A DNA stretch of 64,000 nucleotides from Planctomycetota bacterium. Its GTDB lineage: Bacteria; Planctomycetota; SZUA-567; H5-PLA8. A model generated the notes under the pieces. The model worked only from the letters and a program-made list of their open reading frames with translations, was not told where the DNA came from and ran no database searches. The stretch is from the NCBI GenBank assembly GCA_015075375.1, contig JABTUM010000002.1:16306-80305 (forward strand), written 5' to 3'. Positions 1 through 8,524 of this stretch are shown in pieces. The first letter of the stretch is position 1. The number at the start of each line of letters is the position of its first letter. Made by a program: the position numbers and the translations under genes.

Positions 1-1622
1 CCCACCAGGCAATGGTTCTCGTCCACGATGGGGAACGTAGTTGCCATGCAGTGTTTGATGCGTTCCAGCACTTTATCGAAGGGCAGATCGGCGGGAATTA
101 ATTCCAGCGCCGAGCGCTGCGGCAGCGCATCGCGCACGCGCAGATCTTCCAGCACGTTGATCAGGAAATCGCCGCGGTGGGCCGGCGAGTGCGCCATGTC
201 CTTCACTTGGCTTTCGTTCATCGTAAAGCTGGTGGTGAGCACATAGGTGCTGGCGCACGTCAGCATCAACGGAACGGCTAAGCCGTAGGACCCGGTAAGC
301 TCCGATACCATGACCAGACTCGCGATGGGGGTTTTGGTGCAGCCGCAGAACAGGCCGGCCATCGCCACCATGATCATACTGACGCCGGCCTCTGGCGTCG
401 GCATCAGCCAATGCGGCAGCGGCAAGGACTGCATCGCCTTGGCATACGCTGCGCCGCTGATCGCGCCCACCAGCAGCGTCGGGAAGAGCAAGCCGCCCGA
501 ACCGCCCGCGCCCAGCGTGATGCCCGTGGCTAGAATTTTAAACACCAGCGCGAGACCCAGGACGGTTAGCGTTAACTCGCGCCCGTGAAACAGACTCTCG
601 AACGCCGCCGCATCGGCGCTCGAGGCGCCGCCCAACTGGTCGGCGACCATGTAGCGCAGGAACGGCTCGCCGTCGGCCATGATCATGACCGGGGTGATTT
701 GAAGCAGAAGCAAGGCGAAGGCCGCGAACCCGCCCAGTGCCATCCCGCCCACGCCGGCTTTGGCCAGCGACGGCAAAGGCACTTTTCCGAAGATTTTGTG
801 CTCGATGAACGAAACGCTTTTCACGAATACGAAGGCGACCAATGCGCACAGGAGCGAGATCAGCGCGTAGTGCAGAAACTCACCGAACATGTTTCCGCCC
901 ACGCTGGGGTATTTTAACGCGATGGGAATGTGAAAGACCGGCTCATGTCCGCGAATTCCGGTGAAGACCGAGAAGGCCGTGACCGAACTGATGACACTCG
1001 GGATCACGACATCGTGCTCGAAGTCCGGCTCGCGGTAAAGCATCTCCGCCGCGAAGAGCGCGCCACCCAGCGGAGCGCGCAAAACCGCGCCCAAGCCGCC
1101 GGCGCAACCCGCGAGCATCAAAATGCGGCGATCCCGAACCGATAAGCCCAGTGCCGACCCGAGGTACGAGCCAAATCCCGCGCCGATCTGCAGAATCGGC
1201 CCTTCCTTGCCGGCGCTTCCGCCGCTACCGATGGTCAGGATCGTGCAGATGCCTTTGATAAAAGGAACGCGCGGACGGATCTGGCCCTGCTTGCGGTGAA
1301 ACGCGTCGATCACCGCGTCGGTGCCGTGCCCTCGCGCTTCGGGGGCGTAGCGCAGCGCGATGCCCGTCGCCAGCAACAAGCCCAGCGCGGGAATGCCGAT
1401 CATTAACAATAAGCTGAGGAAAGAGCCGGGCTGGATGCGGAAGAGTCCGCTTTCGTAGTCGCGCAGCAACCAATCCTTGAGGCCCTGCAGACCCGTATCG
1501 AAGACCACGCCGCCCAAGCCGGTCATAATTCCTACAAGTACGCATAAAAGCAGAAGGCGCAGCCAGGACTCGAGGTGGAAAAATTTGACGAGCCCATCAA
1601 AGAATGACTTGAGCCGGATCAT
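1..1622 (-). CDS. ClC-family chloride channel, partial (C-terminal CBS region runs off the left edge)
   Basis: Absent from the ORF track because it has no in-window stop. My reverse-strand translation from the ATG at 1622 stays open to position 1 (MIRLKSFFDGLVKFF...). It carries the ClC filter-like motif GSGGSAGKEGP (1197-1229) and many hydrophobic segments. The last residues, IKHCMATTFPIVDENHCLV, look like the start of a CBS domain. Confidence 0.8.
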   Translation of the reverse strand, partial: MIRLKSFFDGLVKFFHLESWLRLLLLCVLVGIMTGLGGVVFDTGLQGLKDWLLRDYESGLFRIQPGSFLSLLLMIGIPALGLLLATGIALRYAPEARGHGTDAVIDAFHRKQGQIRPRVPFIKGICTILTIGSGGSAGKEGPILQIGAGFGSYLGSALGLSVRDRRILMLAGCAGGLGAVLRAPLGGALFAAEMLYREPDFEHDVVIPSVISSVTAFSVFTGIRGHEPVFHIPIALKYPSVGGNMFGEFLHYALISLLCALVAFVFVKSVSFIEHKIFGKVPLPSLAKAGVGGMALGGFAAFALLLLQITPVMIMADGEPFLRYMVADQLGGASSADAAAFESLFHGRELTLTVLGLALVFKILATGITLGAGGSGGLLFPTLLVGAISGAAYAKAMQSLPLPHWLMPTPEAGVSMIMVAMAGLFCGCTKTPIASLVMVSELTGSYGLAVPLMLTCASTYVLTTSFTMNESQVKDMAHSPAHRGDFLINVLEDLRVRDALPQRSALELIPADLPFDKVLERIKHCMATTFPIVDENHCLV

Positions 1623-2266
1623 GCGCGTACCGAGGTTGAACGTTGAAAGCGTTCGAGCTCCTGTCCTCATCCTATGCCTTGAGCATTGAGGTCAAGCGAT
1701 TATAAGTTCAATCTGGAGAATGGAGTAAAAGGTGCTCCCACGGCCTCAAGTGGCCTTGCGGCCCCAAATGGGTAGAGTTCCCCGGCAATTCTGCCGATGC
1801 CGCTAATAATCCTCGGCTACTGGCCCACAGGGCACAAAGGCTTCAGGTGCTGCACCTGGAGGGTTTGACAAAAGTTGTCAGGAAATTTGACGTTAAGCGG
1901 CAAACGCGCCGGAGGTTGTCAGTGCAGGATGTACATTCCAAGGCCACGGGTCATCTTCAAAGGTATGCGATACAAGGCTTTGTGGAATTGTTGGCTTTAG
2001 GCCTCATGTTGGATCCTTGTTTGCTTGCCACCTAATCGAGATTTGAGGTAGATCAGTCACTAACAAGTATCTAACGTTCCGGCTTGCCCAGGGTGAAGGA
2101 GGTGCGAACTCGGTAACAGTACGCCGGACAGGGCTGAGACCCCTGAAACCTAGTCCAGAAGGTTGGGCTGGCTAAAGGCGGAGGTTGTTTGAGGGTAAGC
2201 GGCCCCTGGGAAGCCGCTGGCGAACGATTGGGATTTTGGGTTCGAAACACTTTAAGGAGAGAGAAG

Positions 2267-2860
2267 ATGAAAAGTCGTGGCTTTACGTTGATTGAACTGA
2301 TGATCGTCGTGGCGATCATCGCGATTATCGCGGCGATCGCGATTCCGAACTTGCTCCGCAGCCGCATGGCGGCCAACGAGTCGGCGGCGATCGCGGCCTG
2401 TAAGACGTACGCCGAAGCGCAGGACATCTATCGGCGCACGGACTACGACAGCGACGGGGTGCTCGAGTATGCGACCACGATTCGCGGCGACAACAGCTTG
2501 TACGAAATCACCTCGGGCACGGGCGACCTGACGCTGGTCGATGCGGCGTTTGCGCGCGCAGAAGGCGACACGCCGGGCGGCGGCGGTACGGTCGAAGCGA
2601 CCGCGCCGAAGGCCGGTTACATCTTCAGCGTGTTGACGGGTCAGGGCGCTTCGGCTCCTGGCGGCTCGAAGAGCTACGTCGTCAACAGCAACATGACGGT
2701 CGGTTACGGCTTGAGCGCGATTCCCAGCACGTGGGACGCCAGCGGTCGTAACAGCTTCCAGATCAACAACACCGGTACGGTGTACCAGAAGGACCAAGGC
2801 AGCGGCACCATCCACCTCACGGTGTACGGCGCGGACACGACCTGGGTCGTCTCCGAGTAA
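2267..2860 (+). CDS. Prepilin-type N-terminal cleavage/methylation domain protein (pseudopilin/pilin-like, copy 1)
   Basis: Internal ATG of ORF 2189..2860, preceded by an AAGGAGAG RBS. MKSRG|FTLIELMIVVAIIAIIAAIAIPNL is a class III signal plus methylation motif. The C-terminal AGYIFSVLTGQG..GGSKSYVV..GYGLSAIP..GRNSFQIN..GTVYQKD resembles a DUF2950-type domain (from memory). Confidence 0.85.
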   Translation: MKSRGFTLIELMIVVAIIAIIAAIAIPNLLRSRMAANESAAIAACKTYAEAQDIYRRTDYDSDGVLEYATTIRGDNSLYEITSGTGDLTLVDAAFARAEGDTPGGGGTVEATAPKAGYIFSVLTGQGASAPGGSKSYVVNSNMTVGYGLSAIPSTWDASGRNSFQINNTGTVYQKDQGSGTIHLTVYGADTTWVVSE

Positions 2861-2885
2861 GGCTGCCAATCGCGTATCGTGCAAA

Positions 2886-2918
2886 GAGGGCGGCCTCAAC
2901 GGCCGCCCTCTTTTTTTT
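2886..2918 (+). terminator. Rho-independent terminator after pilin copy 1
   Basis: 10-bp GC-rich stem gagggcggcc/ggccgccctc (2886-2895 pairs with 2901-2910), 5-nt loop, then T8 (2911-2918). Confidence 0.85.
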
Positions 2919-2975
2919 CGCCCTTATAGTAGAAGGGTTGAGGTTTTGGGAATCGGACAGGTGCGGGTGCCGGTT

Positions 2976-3596
2976 ATGCGACTCACCTCCAATCATTCCA
3001 TCCGGCCGATCCGATATTCGAAGCACGGAGCCCCGGCGTTCACGCTGATCGAACTGATGATTGTGGTCGCGATCATCGCCATCATCGCGGCGATCTCGAT
3101 TCCCAACCTGCTGCGTTCGCGCCAAGCGGCTAACGAATCCGCGGCCATCGCCGCATGCAAAGAATTCAGCAGCGCGCAGGAAGTGTACCGCCGTACGGAC
3201 TGGGATTCGGACGGGGTGCTGGAGTATTCGACCTCGACCTCGGGCGCCAACAGTCTGTACACGAAGGATGTGGCCGGGGACGTGGAACTGGTTGACTTGG
3301 CGTTTTCGCGCGCGCAGGGCGATCCGAGCACCACGCCGCCCAAGGCCGGCTATGTCTTTTCGGTATTGACGGGGCAGGGTTCCAATGCGCCGGGCGGATC
3401 GAAGAGTTACGTCGTCCATAACAACATGATTGCCGGATACGGGCTTTCGGCGATTCCGCACCTTTACGATGCCACCGGGCGCAATTCATTCCAGATCAAC
3501 GGCACCGGCACCGTGTACCAGCGCGATCGCGGCATGAGTCAGAACACGCACTTGACCGTCTTCGATCCGGACACCGCTTGGGTCGTTTCCGAGTAA
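2976..3596 (+). CDS. Prepilin-type N-terminal cleavage/methylation domain protein (pilin-like, copy 2; tandem paralog)
   Basis: ORF 2946..3596. The longest start is TTG at 2946, with ATG at 2976 and GTG at 2961 as alternatives. It has the same FTLIELMIVVAIIAIIAAISIPNLL core and the same C-terminal domain as copy 1, ending WVVSE. The leader is unusually long and has Ala at -1 (..SKHGAPA|FTLIE). Confidence 0.8.
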   Translation: MRLTSNHSIRPIRYSKHGAPAFTLIELMIVVAIIAIIAAISIPNLLRSRQAANESAAIAACKEFSSAQEVYRRTDWDSDGVLEYSTSTSGANSLYTKDVAGDVELVDLAFSRAQGDPSTTPPKAGYVFSVLTGQGSNAPGGSKSYVVHNNMIAGYGLSAIPHLYDATGRNSFQINGTGTVYQRDRGMSQNTHLTVFDPDTAWVVSE

Positions 3597-3624
3597 CCGG
3601 CGTTCCCCATCATGCTCGATTCGC

Positions 3625-4683
3625 TTAAGCCGACGGCGCCCGCTCGCGCCTCAACTGCCCGCACGCCGCCGCGACGCTCTTGCCTTTGCTGAACCGGATC
3701 GTTGTCGGTATCTGGGCCGCGTCGAGCACGGCCTTGAAGGCGTCCTGCGCTTCCCGGCTGGGCCGCTCATAGGGCGTCTCGGCCACCGGATTGAACGGGA
3801 TCAGGTTCGCTTTGCAGGGCAGATCCTGGAGCAGCCCCGCCAACTCGCGCGCCTGCGCCACACTGTCGTTGATGCCCGCCAGCAGCACGTACTCGAAGGT
3901 GACCATGCGCCGCGCCTTGCGGCAGAATTCGCGCACCGCCGGCATCACTTCGCGGATCGGGTAGCGCCGCGAGGCCGGGATCAGCCGCGCGCGCGTCTCT
4001 TCGTCCGGCGCATGCAGCGAGACGGCCAGTTCGAGCTGCAACTGCTCGCCGGCCAGCTTCAGGATGCCCGGCACGATGCCCACCGTCGAGATGGTGATCC
4101 GCCGCGCGCCGATGCCGCAGCCTTTGGGCGGCGGCGCGTTGAGCGTGCGGATCGCCTGCATGACTTCGTCGTAGTTGTGCAGCGGTTCGCCCATGCCCAT
4201 GAAGACGACGTGCGAACTGTGCTCGCCCGAGTGCCCCCACATCTGCAGGTACTGTTCGACGATCTCGTGCGCCGCCAGGTTCCGTTCGAAGCCGCCCAGA
4301 CCCGTCGCGCAAAAGACGCAGCCCATCGCGCAACCCACCTGGCTGGACAGGCAGCTCGTCAACCGCCCCGGCACGCGGATCTGCACCGACTCGATCAGCG
4401 CTCCGTCGCGGGCTTTCCAGAGCCACTTCGCGGCGTCGTCGCCTTCCTGCCGGCCGGCCGCGTCCAGTTCGTACAAGGGCATCCGTTCCGCGAGTTGCTT
4501 GCGCAGCGTCTTGGAGAGGTTGGTTACGCCGTCGTAGCCCGCCACGCCCTTGCGGTAGAGGAACTCCCGCAACTGCGTGACGCGAAAAGCCGGTTCGCGC
4601 AGCTTCGCGAAGATTTCGACCATCTCCGCTTCGGAGCAAGCCGTGGCGGCCTTGGGAACGGGCGGGGCGGGGGAAGCCGTCAT
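3625..4683 (-). CDS. rlmN: 23S rRNA/tRNA (adenine-C2)-methyltransferase, radical SAM RlmN/Cfr family
   Basis: Radical SAM cluster motif CAMGCVFC followed by ATG, plus GMGEPL and a C-terminal ...AACGQL. The N-terminal FRVTQLREFLYRKG matches the RlmN head domain. The longest ORF starts at TTG 4761, overlapping the upstream stop; ATG 4683, preceded by AGGTG, was chosen. Confidence 0.85.
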   Translation of the reverse strand: MTASPAPPVPKAATACSEAEMVEIFAKLREPAFRVTQLREFLYRKGVAGYDGVTNLSKTLRKQLAERMPLYELDAAGRQEGDDAAKWLWKARDGALIESVQIRVPGRLTSCLSSQVGCAMGCVFCATGLGGFERNLAAHEIVEQYLQMWGHSGEHSSHVVFMGMGEPLHNYDEVMQAIRTLNAPPPKGCGIGARRITISTVGIVPGILKLAGEQLQLELAVSLHAPDEETRARLIPASRRYPIREVMPAVREFCRKARRMVTFEYVLLAGINDSVAQARELAGLLQDLPCKANLIPFNPVAETPYERPSREAQDAFKAVLDAAQIPTTIRFSKGKSVAAACGQLRRERAPSA

Positions 4684-4757
4684 GTCTGCAAGCACCTGAT
4701 TCGTGCGCGCGCGGGGTGCGAGCGCAGGCGCATCGTACCACGAAGGGCGCCCCGCGC

Positions 4758-6626
4758 TCAAAGGCCGGAGTCGATTTGCTTCAGGACTGCCCGGGCGAAC
4801 GGGCCCAGTTCGGGATGCGCCGCCAGGCGTTCGGCCTCAGCCCGGGCGCGGTCCGCGCGCTTCAAATCCACCCACGCCTGGAGCCGGTTCCGCAGCAGTT
4901 CGGGCAAGTCCGGTGCGAGCGCCAAGCCCGACTCGGTGAAGGCCAGCCCCTCTTCCGTAGCCCCTCGGCGAAACGCATCGGCGGCCAGGAGCCGCAGGGC
5001 CGTCAGTTTCGCGCCGCGTTCGGTGGGGCGTTCGGCGCGAGCATTCCAGACCGCAGTCGCCGCCGCTTGCGCGGCGGGCCAATCGTCCAGGCCGGCGCAG
5101 AGATGCGCGTACTCGGCCTGGAGCGCCAGCGGATAGATCATCCGGTCGAAGTCCGCGCAACGCAGCGCGCGCTCGAAGCGTTCGCGCGCTTCCAGGCGCA
5201 TCGCGCTCGCGCGGTCCGGATCCTTTTCGTCCGCCGCGCCGTGGAACAAGAGATGCGCGAGGTACGCGTGCCCGTAGGCCGAACCCGGCGCCTTATCGGC
5301 GCCGTCACGCACCAGCGTTTGCGTATCCCGCCAGAGGGTTGAGCGTTGTACGGCCAGTCCCGCGCAAAGCGCCAGTACAACCGCTACGAACGCCGCGCTT
5401 AAGCGAGGCCGGGCGGCGGCAAGCAGGCTCAGCCCTTCCGCCAGCCAGAGCGCGAAAGCCGGCAGCGCCAGATACGTGTAGCGGTCTTGCAATACTAACG
5501 AGAGCTGCGCGAACGGTCCGATCATCGGCGCGATGCCTGCGGCCATCCAGAGCGCGTACAGCGCCACGCGCGACTTCGGAATTCCCAACCGGATGCTCAG
5601 CCACGCGGCGATTGCGAGGGATACGCCGCCGGCGGCGAGATACCGTCCCGCGCCGAGATCCAGTCCGGCCACGGGCACTTCGTAGTAGACGCTCAAGCCG
5701 ACCGGCCCCACCAGCAAGCCCAAGTGCCGCATGAAAAGATAGGCGCTCATGAGCCACGGGCCGAATACGCCTTCGCCCAGCGGCGGGAGCAGTAAATCCG
5801 CGTGCGATTTGCGGATCACGAAGAAGGTCCACAAAAGCGCCGGGAGCAGCGCCGCCGCGCGTGCAAGTTGTTTGCGCCGGCCGGCTTCGGCGTACAAGAG
5901 CAGATCCCACGCCACCAGCACGGCCCACCACGCCACCGCGACGCCTTTGGTTCCCTGCGCGAGCAAGAGGATCGCCGAAGCCGCGGCCACGCGCGCCCAG
6001 CCCGGGCCGCGTTGCGCGTCGCCGCCGCTGTAGACGACCAGCGCCGCGAGGCCCAACAGAATCGCCTGCTGCGTCGTGCGCGCGCCGATCCAGCAGACGC
6101 TCTCGCAGACGGTTGGATGCCAGAGAAAGAGCAGCGCCGCGAAGAGCCCTGGGCCCGCGCGCCCGGTCAGCCGCCGCCCAAGGACGGCGACGCAGCACCC
6201 GGCCAAGCCGTGCTGCATGGCTTGGCTGAGGCGGAAGGCCCACGGGGCGAAGTGTTCCGCGCCCGGCGGCCCGTGCGAGGCCTGCCCGAAGAGCGCGTGT
6301 TCCAGCGCCAGCGACGCCAGCGAAACGGGCGCCCAGTGCGCGGTCTGGAAACCTTCGCCCGTCGCGGGACGGAACGGAAAGGCGAGCAGCTCGCCGAAGG
6401 CACTCCAGCCGTGGACCAGGAGCGGATTCCGCACCGTCCAGTAGACGTCGTCGTACGCCAGCAAGAGCGGCGCGTTCAGGCAGCCGAAGACCGGGAGCAG
6501 CCCGGCGAGCAGAAAAAAGCACGCGGCGCGACCGGGATGCGCGGAAAGCCATGCGGCGGCGGCTTCAAGGGCGCCGTGCGGCTGGAGGGAATTCGTAGTC
6601 GGATCGAGGGCGCGACCGGGGTTCAT
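4758..6626 (-). CDS. GT-C fold membrane glycosyltransferase, TMTC/PMT-like, with C-terminal TPR region
   Basis: About 10 or more hydrophobic segments. A first-loop acidic motif, LLLAYDDVYWTVRNPLL, resembles the FxxDD..N motif of TMTC-like GT-C enzymes. A later QDRYTYLALPAF motif is also present, and the C-terminal ~170 aa is helical and TPR-like. ATG at 6626. Confidence 0.6.
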   Translation of the reverse strand: MNPGRALDPTTNSLQPHGALEAAAAWLSAHPGRAACFFLLAGLLPVFGCLNAPLLLAYDDVYWTVRNPLLVHGWSAFGELLAFPFRPATGEGFQTAHWAPVSLASLALEHALFGQASHGPPGAEHFAPWAFRLSQAMQHGLAGCCVAVLGRRLTGRAGPGLFAALLFLWHPTVCESVCWIGARTTQQAILLGLAALVVYSGGDAQRGPGWARVAAASAILLLAQGTKGVAVAWWAVLVAWDLLLYAEAGRRKQLARAAALLPALLWTFFVIRKSHADLLLPPLGEGVFGPWLMSAYLFMRHLGLLVGPVGLSVYYEVPVAGLDLGAGRYLAAGGVSLAIAAWLSIRLGIPKSRVALYALWMAAGIAPMIGPFAQLSLVLQDRYTYLALPAFALWLAEGLSLLAAARPRLSAAFVAVVLALCAGLAVQRSTLWRDTQTLVRDGADKAPGSAYGHAYLAHLLFHGAADEKDPDRASAMRLEARERFERALRCADFDRMIYPLALQAEYAHLCAGLDDWPAAQAAATAVWNARAERPTERGAKLTALRLLAADAFRRGATEEGLAFTESGLALAPDLPELLRNRLQAWVDLKRADRARAEAERLAAHPELGPFARAVLKQIDSGL

Positions 6627-6759
6627 GGCGCTCCATCATCCACGAAGTTGGTCATCGGGGAAGGCCGGAAGGGGTTGCGTTGAGATGCCAATCCGGCGAA
6701 GACGCGGGCGAATATCACAGCGGTTGAGCGGGGGCGGCGGAGGCCATAACAAAAACGCA

Positions 6760-6779
6760 AATGTTCCACGTGGAACATT
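6760..6779. promoter_or_regulatory. Perfect 20-bp palindrome, candidate operator upstream of the GT-C/rlmN operon
   Basis: aatgttccac|gtggaacatt, verified base by base, lies ~135 bp upstream of the ATG at 6626 in a non-coding gap. Confidence 0.4.
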
Positions 6780-7343
6780 CACGATGCGAAGCGAGGTGCT
6801 CTTGTGCGGCAAAACGGCGGACGAGGAATAAGGACTTATACGCGCGAAAACGCGGTCTATACCACCTCGCGCACGTCGAGCAAAAATTCGATCCTGCCAT
6901 AAAACTGCTATGAATCGCTGCTGCAAAGCGTATACTTGCACGCAGGTGCTTAGCGCTTTGCGCGCTATGCGCGCGGGGCTGAACGGGTGCAAGCGGTTCG
7001 GAGGCCAGAAAAGCGCGGCCTTCCGTGGCCTTCGGCGCTCGGCGGCGGCGGGAGGTTACGCGTGTGGGTAAGTGGGCGCGGTTGTTTTGAGTTTTCTAGT
7101 TTCGGCGCGCGGGGCGAGTGCCTAGCATGCGTGCGATGGGGCGTGGTAGACGTTGAAGGTATGGCTTCAGGAGACCGATGCCAAGCGCGGGCGTTGCGCC
7201 GTTGGGCACGGGTTGCGAACGGATGCAGCGCCGTGGCGCCCGGTCCAAAGGGGGGCACAGGCTCGAGTTTGGTTTTCCCCTTAGCCAGCGCCAGCAGCCA
7301 ACGAATTCTCCTACCTAGAGAAGGAAGTATTCCTTCTTTCTGA

Positions 7344-7811
7344 TCAGCCATCAATGTGGTCAACGTTGTCAGGTTTACCAATCCAAATGACTCTTCTTTC
7401 GCTTATAGATATTTCTCCCTGTTTCACATGCAACTTTGCCACTTCCCGCTTGGCCAGTTGAGGGCCTAACTTCTCGCCTATCGCACACCATGAACCGTGC
7501 GCCAAAAATTTTAGTACGGGACATACATAGAAGCTTCCCCTAATAGAAAAATCAAGCACCTCAACTTCACACTCCCTTAGCCCCTTATCATCAACTCCCC
7601 ACCATCTACAGACTTGGGATCCAATTACCCCCATTCTAGAATCGCCATTTGAAACCTCTGCAATGTAAATCATCTCAAAGCACGGTAGTTCCACGATTTC
7701 CTGTTTGTATACGCTAGAACAATAAGTGAGAAATAATCTTTTCTTGTGGAAATTCCAAAGCTCCGCAAGATTACGAGCAATCTGGCGCGAAAAGTCATAC
7801 GTAAGTGCCAT
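7344..7811 (-). CDS. Hypothetical protein (AT-rich orphan ORF, cassette A)
   Basis: 155-aa ORF in a sharply AT-rich segment with protein-like composition (MALTYDFSRQIARNLAELWNF...). A small hairpin agaaggaa-gta-ttccttct follows just after the stop. No family recognised. Confidence 0.55.
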   Translation of the reverse strand: MALTYDFSRQIARNLAELWNFHKKRLFLTYCSSVYKQEIVELPCFEMIYIAEVSNGDSRMGVIGSQVCRWWGVDDKGLRECEVEVLDFSIRGSFYVCPVLKFLAHGSWCAIGEKLGPQLAKREVAKLHVKQGEISISERRVIWIGKPDNVDHIDG

Positions 7812-7813
7812 AG

Positions 7814-8032
7814 CTATTTTGCCTTATCGGCAGCCGCCCTAACTTTCCTCATGCATGTCTCGTGCTGCTCCTTTGTATATATACCCGTCTCCACCGCTTC
7901 ATCCAACCCAAGGAGGGTGGCCGGTAGCGGATTTTGTTGCTGCGAGTAGGCGCCAGGGGAGGGGTGCCAAGGAGCAAGCGGAGTGTGCTTGCTCCTTGCC
8001 TGGTTGACCGCACGGACTAGGCTCCGTGGCAT
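7814..8032 (-). CDS. Possible small hypothetical protein immediately upstream of cassette A ORF
   Basis: 72-aa ORF ending 2 nt before the ATG at 7811. Only the C-terminal ~35 aa (..LDEAVETGIYTKEQHETCMRKVRAAADKAK) lies in AT-rich DNA. The N-terminal part is GC-rich and may not be coding. Confidence 0.25.
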   Translation of the reverse strand: MPRSLVRAVNQARSKHTPLAPWHPSPGAYSQQQNPLPATLLGLDEAVETGIYTKEQHETCMRKVRAAADKAK

Positions 8033-8045
8033 GTCGCTTCACTGC

Positions 8046-8156
8046 GGATTTGTGTATCGTAAGGCGGTTCGCTACAACTTGTCGGGCTCTGCTTACTTCT
8101 ATACGTCCTCGCCGGATGCTTGGCGCTGGTCGAGCTTCCGGTGGCTGGAGCAGGAG
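8046..8156 (+). pseudogene. Possible relic of the 3' end of an IS200/IS605-like (RAYT-like, Y1 transposase) gene
   Basis: The frame of ORF 7983..8408 reads ..FVYRKAVRYNLSGSAYFYTSSPDAWRWSSFRW... This resembles the conserved C-terminal ..AVRYI.NP....PEDWPWSS.. of RAYT-like transposases (from memory). No catalytic N-terminal part is present upstream. Confidence 0.3.
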
Positions 8157-8465
8157 CGACGAGGGGGCGAGCCCGTGGCGGTGGACGAAGGGGTGGAGGC
8201 TTGCGCGTGCGCGGCCGGTGAGGCGCTCGGTGTGTTTCGGGTCGGGGTGGCTTTATGTCGCCCTTTCAGGGCTCTTGATGGAGAGGGGTGCTTGGGTCGA
8301 GGGGCTCGCGCCCCTCGCTTTAGTATGTCGCCCCTGCGGGGCTGCGGGCAAGGGCGAGCGCGTGGCGGTGGTCGAATAAGTGGAGGCTTGCGCGTGCGCG
8401 GTCGGTGAGGCGCGGAGTAAGACCACGACGCTTGCTGCGTGGCACCCGGTTCCGGCCACCCGCCA
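8104..8465. repeat. GC-rich composite repeat, copy R1
   Basis: Aligns by eye with R2 and R3 from cgtcct.. to ..ggcacccggt(t/c)ccggccacccgcca. Relative to R2/R3 it carries an extra ~25 bp (the WRWSS-coding part) and a degraded terminal hairpin. Confidence 0.85.
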
Positions 8466-8524
8466 ATGAGGCATGTACAAATTCATCTTCGGGATAATAG
8501 AGTGGTAAGAATTTTCTTCACTAA

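Noticed and set aside
1890-1925. c-di-GMP (GEMM-I-like) riboswitch in the pilin leader, suggested by GGCAAAC
   Set aside because: Only this short fragment matches. I could not recognise the paired helices and the conserved GACGCAAAGCC-type segment.
2217-2232. Sigma-54 promoter upstream of pilin copy 1 (CTGGCGAACGATTGGG)
   Set aside because: Spacing is one nt short and the -12 GC is replaced by GG. That is not enough to call.
8440-8455. Sigma-54 promoter at the 3' end of the repeats (TGGCACCCGGTTCCGG in R1)
   Set aside because: The -12 element is TTCC, displaced by one position from the TGGCACG-N4-TTGC consensus. R2 and R3 read CGGCACCCGGTCCCGG, which is worse.
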